Source: Candidatus Altiarchaeota archaeon (GTDB lineage Archaea; Altiarchaeota; Altiarchaeia; IMC4; SCGC-AAA252-I15). From it: a DNA stretch of 62,965 nt. The notes under the pieces are model-generated. The model did not search any database, was not told where the DNA came from, and saw only the letters and a list, made by a program, of their open reading frames with translations. Made by a program: the position numbers and the translations under genes. The stretch lies in assembly GCA_043813075.1 (NCBI GenBank), contig JBDRLL010000019.1, positions 1-62,965 of the forward strand. The letters are read 5' to 3'. The stretch's first letter is position 1, and the number at the start of each line of letters is the position of its first letter. This document shows, in pieces, positions 51,601 through 57,705 of the stretch.

Positions 51601-52907
51601 TGTGTTGGGTCCTGCCGCGCGTCGCAGTAGCCGTCTCCATCGTCGTCGCAGCCCTCGTCGGTCTGGCCGTCGCAGTTGTCATCCAGGTTGTTACATATTT
51701 CTATTGACCCGGGGTTGACTGCAGGATTGTTGTCGTCGCAGTCATTACCGCCGGCAGCACAAGTAGTGGGTGTTCCCACGATACCGAAGTTAACGTCACA
51801 ATAGTTGTCGTTGTCGTCGTCACATCCTTCGTCAACGCCTCCGGCACAGTTGTCGTCAATGTTGTTGCAGACTTCTATTGCACCGGGGTTTACTAGTGGA
51901 TTAGTGTCAATGCAGTCTCCGCCGCCGTTCGGGCATGCTGTTGGTGTCCCCACAATCGTCATGGTTGCGTCGCAGTAGTCGTCGTTATCGTCGTCGCAGC
52001 CCTCGTCGGTCTGGCCGTCGTAGTTGTTGTCCAAGCCGTCGCAGACTTCTGGCGAGGGGTTTACGTCGCCCTCATAGTCGTCTGTTGGATCGCATGTTGC
52101 GGGGTTGGAGGGGATAGTCCTACATCCTGGGTCAGCGCAGTCCGTTAGTCCGTCCTGGTCGTTGTCTGACCCGTCAGCACATTGTTCGGCCTCTGTGTTG
52201 TCTGTTGGGGTGCTGCAGCCGGGGTCGTGTGTCAGTTCGCTGTTGTCGTCTTCGCTGGCGCAGCCGGGGTCGTTCATGTCCCATAGTCCGTCGCCGTCGT
52301 TGTCGAATCCGTCGTTACATGCCGCGAGCTTGTCTACGCATCGTATCTGCGCTATCCAGCTTTCCTTGTACTTGTATGCACCACCGAGGTTGTCGTAGGC
52401 CACCATGTTGTTGCCGTTCCAGTAGTACATGTAGTTGTCTTCAGGTGAGTGCCAGTTGCATCCGTCTCCTCCCGCTGCCCAGCAGCCTGTCCTTCCGGCT
52501 AGGCTGGCGGGGTCCGCATGGTCGTATCCGAGGATGTTACATATCGCGTTGGCGGTTGGCATGTGGATGTCGGGGTTGTCCCAGTTGGGGCCCCATGCGC
52601 GCATCATGGCTGAGAGACTGAGTTGGGGTTCCTTCATGTTTATGGTGGTTCCGCGGAATTTCATTCCGTTTGCAGCGAGCTTGTTGTATACTGTGGATCT
52701 CAATCCTTCCGCATATGCCGGATCCCAGAATTGTGTTTGCCCGTTGTTCGGGTTTAGTTCGACTAGCGCGTCGGTCTTGCCGTCGCCGTCGTTGTCCTGT
52801 CCGTCGTTACATTGCGCCGCGTTAGCGGTTGTTGCTGTTAGAAGTAGTATCAGAGTCAGTCCTAATAGTAGATATATGTTTTTATATTTCACCCTCGGTA
52901 CCCCCAT
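42636..52907 (-). CDS. Giant (about 3,420 aa) Cys/Asp-rich modular cell-surface protein
   Basis: Signal peptide; many MopE-like E.C(D/N)..D(N/D).CDG..DEG repeats; TSP3-like DxDxDG repeats; NosD/right-handed beta-helix (about 50560-51250); duplicated ALGMPENDDTLNFVSLG domains; Thr stalks; C-terminal TM. Start ATG 52907 (GTG 52892 possible). Confidence 0.9.
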   Translation of the reverse strand: MGVPRVKYKNIYLLLGLTLILLLTATTANAAQCNDGQDNDGDGKTDALVELNPNNGQTQFWDPAYAEGLRSTVYNKLAANGMKFRGTTINMKEPQLSLSAMMRAWGPNWDNPDIHMPTANAICNILGYDHADPASLAGRTGCWAAGGDGCNWHSPEDNYMYYWNGNNMVAYDNLGGAYKYKESWIAQIRCVDKLAACNDGFDNDGDGLWDMNDPGCASEDDNSELTHDPGCSTPTDNTEAEQCADGSDNDQDGLTDCADPGCRTIPSNPATCDPTDDYEGDVNPSPEVCDGLDNNYDGQTDEGCDDDNDDYCDATMTIVGTPTACPNGGGDCIDTNPLVNPGAIEVCNNIDDNCAGGVDEGCDDDNDNYCDVNFGIVGTPTTCAAGGNDCDDNNPAVNPGSIEICNNLDDNCDGQTDEGCDDDGDGYCDARQDPTHCDDCDDNDPTVQPGAIEKCNDKDDDCDGQTDEGCDDDNDDYCDADMIFTAAPQTCPNGGGDCDDGLPGTNPGATEICDNGVDDDCDGLIDQEDLDDCTCYDIMGGGICESPGDCTCLERALNDNVNCYNKVLLTEDIIYDWHAKNICVDNPAGFNNKILDCQDHMIQSDFSSLNLGIRGISIVGKSGNTIQNCEITGLGPAIWIESGTQNTVQDNNLWNNQIGIYLKYSGSNHIILNAVGRNTDAIYLYGSSNNQIHSNNIDRAGRGIELLYNSDGNQVHENTVTRASNDGFRTDSTSNNNQVMGNQFCFNNEVNMAFYDIRNGASNTGDNNRCDTTMSWSDQSVQGGCTEQCTTHRYYRDADGDQYGDPTDYVDEYSQPDGYVEDGTDCDDTDPEVFPGAQEVCDGIDNDCDGVIDEGCDDDDDNYCDAGMTIVGTPATCPNGDGDCDDENAAVNPGATEICDNQVDDDCDTLIDQDDVQDCIAQCNDGIDNDGDGMADYDSRATYGDPGCSSPSDTDESNTLPPMYLPQMPECDGNFGTVTHATSTFLNGMNYDNTPEHYVITDTAEYSRGDSLDWYWVWVNGGTQYVQWDLGQETKIVRVYPSQDHGPYPAEFNEYIVKVSSDGTTYTTPTQIALYYDNINSVKVHDGVKEYYSTTPFQYVRIYPTGDDYELDAVQACPTECTDGVDNENPGDGLIDDQDPGCYNDPNNPQTYNPRLDDEGLVDPGDEICDGQDNNYNGQVDEGCDDDGDDYCDAGMGIVGTPAACPNGGGDCDDGNAAVNPAAEEICDGLDNNCAAGIDEGCDDDDDNYCDAGMTIVGTPATCPNGDGDCDDENAAVNPGATEVCDNQIDDDCDGLVDMDEPQCQTTTTTTTTTTSTTTSTTTTSTTTTDTTSSTTLAPTCLQLPDLISEGIASDAGVFTLSRREGYMDILVPDGNHKSYGRVTTEGFTLVNLDDRRDLGQDGIDNQGDGIYVGAANDEVYWTHDEADFDFYLASGDYNDFGTIELCYKTRCPRIKVDITETNSNTDDTFHAGGQYHESGTWLSMVADADGDSIGDACDTEGDTASCSDQVDNDGDGLTDCDDPDCDSTPACMPTTTTTSSSTTTTTSSTTTSTTTIVTTSTIPLPGGQCVIVTKSAQKSGSPVEINVDCPANHVVVGGGWGIYLENNDYSRPYSEGWTCKSNSRANAECYAVCCDSNYIDTTIITQSGRLQDGLTATCPETYTILGGGYEDSDLTGIYRDEDSIRPVGENGWFCYDDKSTSNSECYAICGRSNDASYSLVCTTEYDSMFPQELVGKELIGDTVAPAELAMLGASGEDALAMVMVQRSESADLHVNCPSGYFITGGGFTDTSASGDDQDGSLPYDNGWRCMEDFDDAPGALSECYARCCKLQLMATTTTSTTVSTSTTTSTTSTSTTTSTSTTTTTLASTTTSTSTTSSSTTTSSSTTTTLYNGDNHCDVDEEDDDWSQTECENYACAGREDCCDGGHGYWNVGGDGDSTGFPPGGATMCCGDDSFEYYAGPENDRSCDGIAAACCDSPDDWADPSGQCVDSCGVTTTTSTTVSTSTTTTTSTTTTSTSTSTTTTSSTTTTLYPAECFADDVVEYSPELRSDGTPVPPERADASKALGMPENDDTLNFVSLGIGGTLIVEFDEVIVNQAGNDFNLVETTYGGKSCSEFPERVHVYASKTGDDGTWEDLGTGCLDESFNIGPLNWAKYVKIVDTTDVGEFPDQSSVQDGFDVDGIAGLSCVACLDGDGDGFADALCGGDDCDDANVDVHPGATEVCNGVDDNCVDGVDEGLTFDVDGDGYSTPDSCEGSKDDCDDANVDVHPGATEVCNGVDDNCDGHIDEGIVCAQCFATSVVDYTPVDPISTDRKDPTNALGMPENDDTLNFVSLGFGGELVLEFDGIVVDDAGMDFQIIETSYGSPSCTSNPETINVYASKTGADGSWTFIGQGCLDSEFDMNGAIDWFKYLKIVDISDPADFGSGADGYDVDGVGGYVCESCPDDDGDGFLDESCGGADCDDSNPDIHPGASELCNGIDDDCDDETDEIFDIGGECTVGQGVCENTGNYVCTLDGAGVECDAVPGSPTGADDDCNSIDEDCDGTSDEHYLPTATSCGQGVCQSAGTLECVEGSEVDTCTPGSPSGADENCNGLDEDCDGTADDGYIASETTCGLGICSSTGTLECVEGSEVDSCTPGEAETEVCDDALDNDCDGMSDCDDTGSCFTAEDAFGKLLCQMPSCPAVGTESVDLELITTVPVDVSTDAQTTGPYTYLGTSYLLKPMGTYTYMGSGEMQADAEYSDRPVSSFGPGWRKGEDVFQSGQEHALDILVNGNNINWGGYNSAHAYYEMVFGSDSELTFSVLDTYYGDNVGPMDVEVYACCYDRDADGVYNPGQDSCCVGDACDNCPDTYNPSQADSDGDGIGDACDEEGGPSCADTLDNDGDGLVDCADPDCEGEAGPGDAVCCQTDAVCDDANGCTIDVCAIGPYSCTNTLVDCSAYNSDEIASCSWTPDGIDTTWDYRAVFTSECVDDAESLGGYYCTQPGEVESSCVEGQCDAVCDEDSDCACQTDGCQGTDYYDYPNEASCSETCGCSSCEPQVYENDYRCVSIPECTGIIATIYSDGQTLANSGPGVASYVNPAWTMIPGATWIWESELVQNPQVSEAVEYDRVFDIPGAVNYAYVTLASDNTYELYANSVLLASSTQDINYESPVAYDISGFITEGSNILEFIVVNFGVDGSTAYTNTAGLAYRLDVCYQTTTTTSSTTSTSTSTTTTLGGGGGGGTSGGGGGHIVVPASLPRPKGKATTSTVLTCPDYSVCPTPTVQVIIPTTLPSSMSGSGSESGTPYDTANGTGKDGQEDVFTGTDDTTPAPPSFIGRAIAFMSDGVKLPGWLLLVLIMVIAGYMGYRLGTGGGKDEQQPKGGNKQPGQANAPVAATPAAGAAAASESGKKPESGNSGKGNPNSKTNSKPKITVGGKKD
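46055..46286. repeat. Two identical 76-bp direct repeats in the giant gene
   Basis: 46055-46130 is identical to 46211-46286 (encodes DDCDDANVDVHPGATEVCNGVDDNC). Confidence 0.88.
49108..50355. repeat. Two identical 90-bp direct repeats in the giant gene
   Basis: 49108-49197 is identical to 50266-50355 (encodes IDEGCDDDDDNYCDAGMTIVGTPATCPNG), with near-identical flanks. Confidence 0.88.
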
Positions 52908-53002
52908 TTTTTTAGTCAATATAACACCATGCGCGTGTGTAGAATGATGTTTAAGTGGTACAATATACACAGTATTCCTTTAAAAACAGTACAATGTTCG
53001 AG

Positions 53003-53025
53003 CAGATTTTTTGTATAATATAAGA
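53003..53025. promoter_or_regulatory. 23-bp motif shared with the tbp upstream region
   Basis: CAGATTTTTTGTATAATATAAGA matches 56796-56818 at 22/23 positions. Confidence 0.55.
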
Positions 53026-53280
53026 AGCATACAATGTTTAATCGCGTTCTATGGGTTTCATCAGACAATGCCGCCTCAACCGATGGGCAGGATCATGCTC
53101 GTCATGAGCCTCCAACAACTTTTCAGTCAGATTTGGCTTGTGGAATTCCACCTTCCTACCAACCAGACTGTCTTTATGTGGCTGAGACATTATAATATAA
53201 TCTACTAATGACAGCTATATAAATCATGTACTATACTAGTTAGACTAGTTTTAAACAATCCGTCGAATAGATTAAGTGCT

Positions 53281-53775
53281 ATGATTATCGGCGTGCTGTC
53301 AGACACACACGACAACAAGGAGGCCATACTGAAGGCCATCGAATTGTTCAAGGAGAAGAATGTGGAGATGATAATACACGCTGGAGACATAGTGGCCCCA
53401 TTCACGCTCGAACCCTTCATGGACCTGGAAATACCATTTAGGGGGGTGTTAGGCAACAACGACGGGGACGAGAAGAACCTGAACAGGAAGCTTGAGGAGA
53501 TAGGCACGGAACTGACGGAATTCCTTGACATGGAGTGCGACGGCAAGAAAGTCGCAGTATACCATGGCACCAGACCACAGATTCTGGAGGCTATAGTGAA
53601 ATCCAGGATATATGATATCGTCGCCTCAGGCCACACCCACCAGCCGGAGACCACCCTGGACGGCAACACCCTGATAGTCAATCCAGGCGAGACGTGCGGG
53701 TATCTGACTGGAGTTGCGACTGTCGCCGTGGTTAACACAGAGGATATGAACGCTGAGATACACGAGCTGAAATAG
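53281..53775 (+). CDS. Metallophosphoesterase (YfcE/MJ0936 family)
   Basis: SDTH, HAGD, GNND, YHG, GHTH, NPG. Confidence 0.93.
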   Translation: MIIGVLSDTHDNKEAILKAIELFKEKNVEMIIHAGDIVAPFTLEPFMDLEIPFRGVLGNNDGDEKNLNRKLEEIGTELTEFLDMECDGKKVAVYHGTRPQILEAIVKSRIYDIVASGHTHQPETTLDGNTLIVNPGETCGYLTGVATVAVVNTEDMNAEIHELK

Positions 53776-53777
53776 CA

Positions 53778-56138
53778 TTACTCTTTCTTAAACCTTCTAC
53801 GGACGAATAGGGCGGATATCATCCAGTGCACCAGCAGGAACCAGAAGGCTATGTTCACGAAGGATATGAGGATTGCTAGCATCCATTCCGGGCACATAAA
53901 CCGTAGGGAATAGGGTACGCCCTGGAGGACTATGAAAGGCAGGTATAAGACCATTAATGGCAGGAGTATGATCCCCAAGTAATCCGAGAACGTTGCCAGA
54001 CCACTGCCTAAAACCATCAGCAGGGCAGGGGCGACACTGTATGCAAGCAGCCTTTTTCCCGAGGCTTTAAGCCATAGTCTGCCTGTTTTCTCTGCAAAAC
54101 GGTTAACTAGAAGAGCGGGCAGTGTCAGGTAGAGCCATAGCAGGCAGACAAGCACCATATTCAGTATGATGAACCACACCCAACCGCTCGCGTAGTCATG
54201 CGAGTAGACTACGAGACCCTCGCTCCTGTCGTTTCCGGCCTGCTTGAATATCACGTCGTCCGTCATCTCCTTGGGCCACATCGTCCTCCTGAACTTGGTG
54301 AGGTAGTAGCGGTCGTCCAACAGCTTGTTTAGCGTGGGGTACTTCTCGTAGTATCCGCTTTTGGGTTCTATGTCTTCGACCTCTATCCATTTCGCGTACT
54401 CCCTGCCGAATCCTTCAGCATCCATCTTGTGTTTCGCGAACACGTATATGAGGATGTCTGTGACGCCGGAATTCACGGATGATATCTTCAGCGGGTAGAC
54501 GAAATCGTCTGTCTTGAAGCTTATGGACAGGGGGTGTATTGAGCCTTCGTTAAGGCTTTTCACTGCGGCTGAAGACTGCCAGTCCAACACCTGGTCGACA
54601 AGGGCAGTGATGTTGTCCCTCAGAGAGTATTCGTCCCTGTCCCCCACGTATATGGAGTGCATTATCTGGTATTCCTTCGAGGAGATGATTGAACCCCCAT
54701 ACAGCATGTATAGCAGGGAACCGTCATACCCCACGTCCTCCCTGAAGTCCTCAAGAGTACGTTCAGCCAGGTATTTCTTCACGTCACCGACTTCCGCCGG
54801 GCTTACACCATCAATCCCAGCGATGTCCTTGCGCATGAGCTCCTCGGTCTCCGAAATCTTGTAACTAAGCATGCTGCTCTTGATTGAGTTCACGAGGTAT
54901 GAGAACTTCCTGTTCTTCTCGGACTGACTCTCATACCAGTAGCCCTCATAGTTTGAAGGATCGACTTTATAGTACTTTGCCATGTCCATGTTGCCGTTTA
55001 GTATCGCATACGCGGAGACGGTGGCGATGTCGTCCTGCGGATAGAACTTCTTTGGCGAGAGGCGGCCGCAGTATTCCCCACAGTCCACACCCTCAAGCAT
55101 CTGATAGGCCTTGTCCTCCAGAGTGTAGAAGTAGTGGCCGCAGTATCTCTCACCAGGCTTGTCCACACAGTAATTCTTGGTGTACAGCGGGTATTTGGGG
55201 AGGTACTTGTAGTCGAGGGCGTTAGCTATCTCCTGGAGTATCTTCTGGTATACGATGCTCCGGTCTGTTACAGTAGAGTATCCTTTTGAGGGGCGGTATA
55301 GGTATCCGTTGTATGCCTCATATAGGTCGTAATACTCATACTCGTTTATGATATAGTCCCGCCTTGTTGATGGGTATCGGGGGTAATAGTATCCTGGTGG
55401 GCCGTAGGCGTTCTCCTCGACTTCGCCATAGTCCAGCTTTACGCTACCGTACTTTGATATGATGGGGTCTTGGAAGGACATGTTCTCCATTATCGCATGC
55501 ACCAGGTTGTCGACGAGCACCCGCCTAGCGTCGTCAGCCGAGTTTATCGATGAATCTATCTGCTTCAGGGATTCCATCAGCTTCACGGCCTCCGGCTCGA
55601 TGTTGACCCTTGAGGCTATGAAGAACCAGTTCTTATCCACGTAGTATCCTATCACCTCCTCGGCCTTGGGGGATACGGAATAATTGTTGTCGTTAAGCCA
55701 GCTTACGAGAGCCTTGGGGTCGTCTGACGAGAGTATGCTGACGTCATATAGTCCGACCTGCTTCCGCTCATGCAGGTTTACGCCCTCACTCATGGAAGCT
55801 GAGCCCATGTTGAATATCCCCAGGGGCGACCAGTTTGGAGGCCGCCTGTATTCAGGCTCGGTGAGGTAGTGGAGTTCCGTGAAAAGCTTGCTGTCTGACT
55901 TCTCGACCTCAGGGTAAGACGGGACTGGAGTAACCCATGCGAAGTCCGCGACATCACCCTTGTAGGTGACCTGGATTATCAGCTCTTCGGTGCCGCCACG
56001 GTCGACTATGATGGCCTTCTGCTCCGGCTCGAAAAGGTCCTCGTGATAGTAGACTGGGGGGAAGAATCCGCCGTCAGCAGAAACAGTAGTTGACGCTAGG
56101 ATTAGAATCAGGATTAATGCTAGATTGCATATTTTCAT
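53778..56138 (-). CDS. DUF2330-like secreted/membrane protein with large internal insertion
   Basis: Signal peptide, DGG, QKAII...E.LI, FAWVTPVP..PEV, WL..N.Y, HPL...F, YPLKISS; 3 C-terminal TMs. Confidence 0.75.
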   Translation of the reverse strand: MKICNLALILILILASTTVSADGGFFPPVYYHEDLFEPEQKAIIVDRGGTEELIIQVTYKGDVADFAWVTPVPSYPEVEKSDSKLFTELHYLTEPEYRRPPNWSPLGIFNMGSASMSEGVNLHERKQVGLYDVSILSSDDPKALVSWLNDNNYSVSPKAEEVIGYYVDKNWFFIASRVNIEPEAVKLMESLKQIDSSINSADDARRVLVDNLVHAIMENMSFQDPIISKYGSVKLDYGEVEENAYGPPGYYYPRYPSTRRDYIINEYEYYDLYEAYNGYLYRPSKGYSTVTDRSIVYQKILQEIANALDYKYLPKYPLYTKNYCVDKPGERYCGHYFYTLEDKAYQMLEGVDCGEYCGRLSPKKFYPQDDIATVSAYAILNGNMDMAKYYKVDPSNYEGYWYESQSEKNRKFSYLVNSIKSSMLSYKISETEELMRKDIAGIDGVSPAEVGDVKKYLAERTLEDFREDVGYDGSLLYMLYGGSIISSKEYQIMHSIYVGDRDEYSLRDNITALVDQVLDWQSSAAVKSLNEGSIHPLSISFKTDDFVYPLKISSVNSGVTDILIYVFAKHKMDAEGFGREYAKWIEVEDIEPKSGYYEKYPTLNKLLDDRYYLTKFRRTMWPKEMTDDVIFKQAGNDRSEGLVVYSHDYASGWVWFIILNMVLVCLLWLYLTLPALLVNRFAEKTGRLWLKASGKRLLAYSVAPALLMVLGSGLATFSDYLGIILLPLMVLYLPFIVLQGVPYSLRFMCPEWMLAILISFVNIAFWFLLVHWMISALFVRRRFKKE

Positions 56139-56177
56139 AACGTAAATAATGGAAGATAGGAGAATAAAAGAAGCAGA

Positions 56178-56723
56178 TTATGCTATGACTGCCTCGTAGC
56201 TCAGCACCATCTCCCTCGTCTTTTCAGCAGCCACCTGAGCCTGCTTCGGGCTCTTGGCGCCGGTGATTATTATCTTGCCTGACCTGAATATGAGCATCAC
56301 TGTCTTGGGCTCGTCCAGCCTGTAGACGAGGCCTGGGAACTGCTCTGGCTCGTACTCCGTGTTCCAGCACTCTATCGCAAGCTTGTCAAGATTCACCTTG
56401 AACTCCATGCCTGAAGACGCAACTATGTTCTGGATTTCGACTATCGGCTTGTTCTTGATTCTTACCCCAGCCTTCCTCAGCTTCTTTAGGAGGAATTCGA
56501 CTGCCTGGTTTATGTCTTTCCTGCTTCTCGCACCGCTGCATATGACCTTTCCTGTCCTGAATATAAGCATCGCCAGTTCTGGCTCGTCAAGGTGTAGGAT
56601 TATCCCTGGGAACTGTTTCGGATTCTCTATCTCCTTTATGGCCTTCGTGATCTTCTTCAAATCAAGCTCCTGGTTCAGTGTTATTGAGGAGACAATGTTT
56701 TCGACTTTTGTTTTCATCTGCAT
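56178..56723 (-). CDS. tbp: TATA-box-binding protein
   Basis: ENIVSS, LIFRTGKVICSGARS, QNIVASS, EYEPEQFPGLVYRL, LIFRSGKIIITGAKS. Confidence 0.95.
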   Translation of the reverse strand: MQMKTKVENIVSSITLNQELDLKKITKAIKEIENPKQFPGIILHLDEPELAMLIFRTGKVICSGARSRKDINQAVEFLLKKLRKAGVRIKNKPIVEIQNIVASSGMEFKVNLDKLAIECWNTEYEPEQFPGLVYRLDEPKTVMLIFRSGKIIITGAKSPKQAQVAAEKTREMVLSYEAVIA

Positions 56724-56795
56724 AAGAACCACCCCATCGGTAATGTACAGTTTATTGGTGATTTATGGTTTAAAAGCATTCAAAGCCACTATAAA

Positions 56796-56853
56796 CAGAT
56801 TATTTGTATAATATAAGATACCCTTATATCTTAAGAATTTTTTTTATATTATA
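56796..56853. promoter_or_regulatory. Divergent promoter region with shared motif
   Basis: CAGATTATTTGTATAATATAAGA at 56796-56818 and inverted TTATATTATA at 56844-56853. Confidence 0.5.
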
Positions 56854-56945
56854 AGTTTTTCTGGTGGTTTTTCTAGATTATAAAGAATGCCACATAATAG
56901 TAAAACCCAGTAAGGTGGTTGGCGTGCGGTAATAGCAATAAAAAA

Positions 56946-57704
56946 ATGGACGCCAACGAATTTGAGAGACTGTACAGAAGGCTGAAGTCAGAGGAAGACA
57001 TTGAAATCCTATCCAAGAAGGAGAAGTACCCTAAAGACCTGCTTCTAGTCATACTAACCCAGAAGATAGTCAGGGATACGAAGAGGGGGTACTACAGCGT
57101 CAAAAACAAGTCGCCTGAAATCATGAGGCAGTGGCGTTCAGGCAAGACGATGCTTGAGATATCAAAAGACCTTGAGTTCCCGCCGGCACTTACAGCGTCG
57201 CTGCTGATGCAGCACATGGGAGTCTCAAAAAAGAGGTTCAGGACGCACATGCAGGAGCCTACGACCATAGAAGACCCCCGCATCAAGAAAGAGCTTAACG
57301 AGGCGATGAAACACGAGCTCGTCTACTCGCCGGAAGCCACGAGGATACAGTGGGAGCGCGGTAAGGAAGTGGAGAGAAAAGTGAAGGAATGGCTGGAGAG
57401 GATGGGGAAAAGATTCAAGACTGAAAAACAACTCAGGGACGATCACGCTAAGACCCCGGACTTCCTCCTCGAGACGCCCATAAAACACAATGGAAGATGG
57501 ATAAAGTGGATAGAATGCAAGGCAAGCTTCGGAGACATGACTGAAGTCAGGAGGGACTACAACAAACAGCTAAGCCACTACACCAGGATGTTCGGGGAAG
57601 GCATAGTGGTATACTGGTACGGATATATAGAGAATGCGAAGAAAGAATTAAACGACAGTATAATACTAGTCGACAAGGAGTTTTTCAGGAGAGACATGAT
57701 CTAA
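56946..57704 (+). CDS. TPD-domain PD-(D/E)XK nuclease, C15orf41/CDIN1 family
   Basis: G.E.E, KTPDFLL, WIECKASFG, QL..Y...FG.G.VVYWYG. Confidence 0.85.
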   Translation: MDANEFERLYRRLKSEEDIEILSKKEKYPKDLLLVILTQKIVRDTKRGYYSVKNKSPEIMRQWRSGKTMLEISKDLEFPPALTASLLMQHMGVSKKRFRTHMQEPTTIEDPRIKKELNEAMKHELVYSPEATRIQWERGKEVERKVKEWLERMGKRFKTEKQLRDDHAKTPDFLLETPIKHNGRWIKWIECKASFGDMTEVRRDYNKQLSHYTRMFGEGIVVYWYGYIENAKKELNDSIILVDKEFFRRDMI

Positions 57705-57705
57705 G

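Noticed and set aside
53124-53170. Archaeal SECIS element or known riboswitch
   Set aside because: GAA/A-like internal loop only loosely matches; no in-frame UGA selenoprotein candidate nearby; no riboswitch consensus recognised
53011-53208. 65-aa ORF in the intergenic region
   Set aside because: TTG start within a regulatory-like AT motif, no RBS and no recognisable features; cannot be supported
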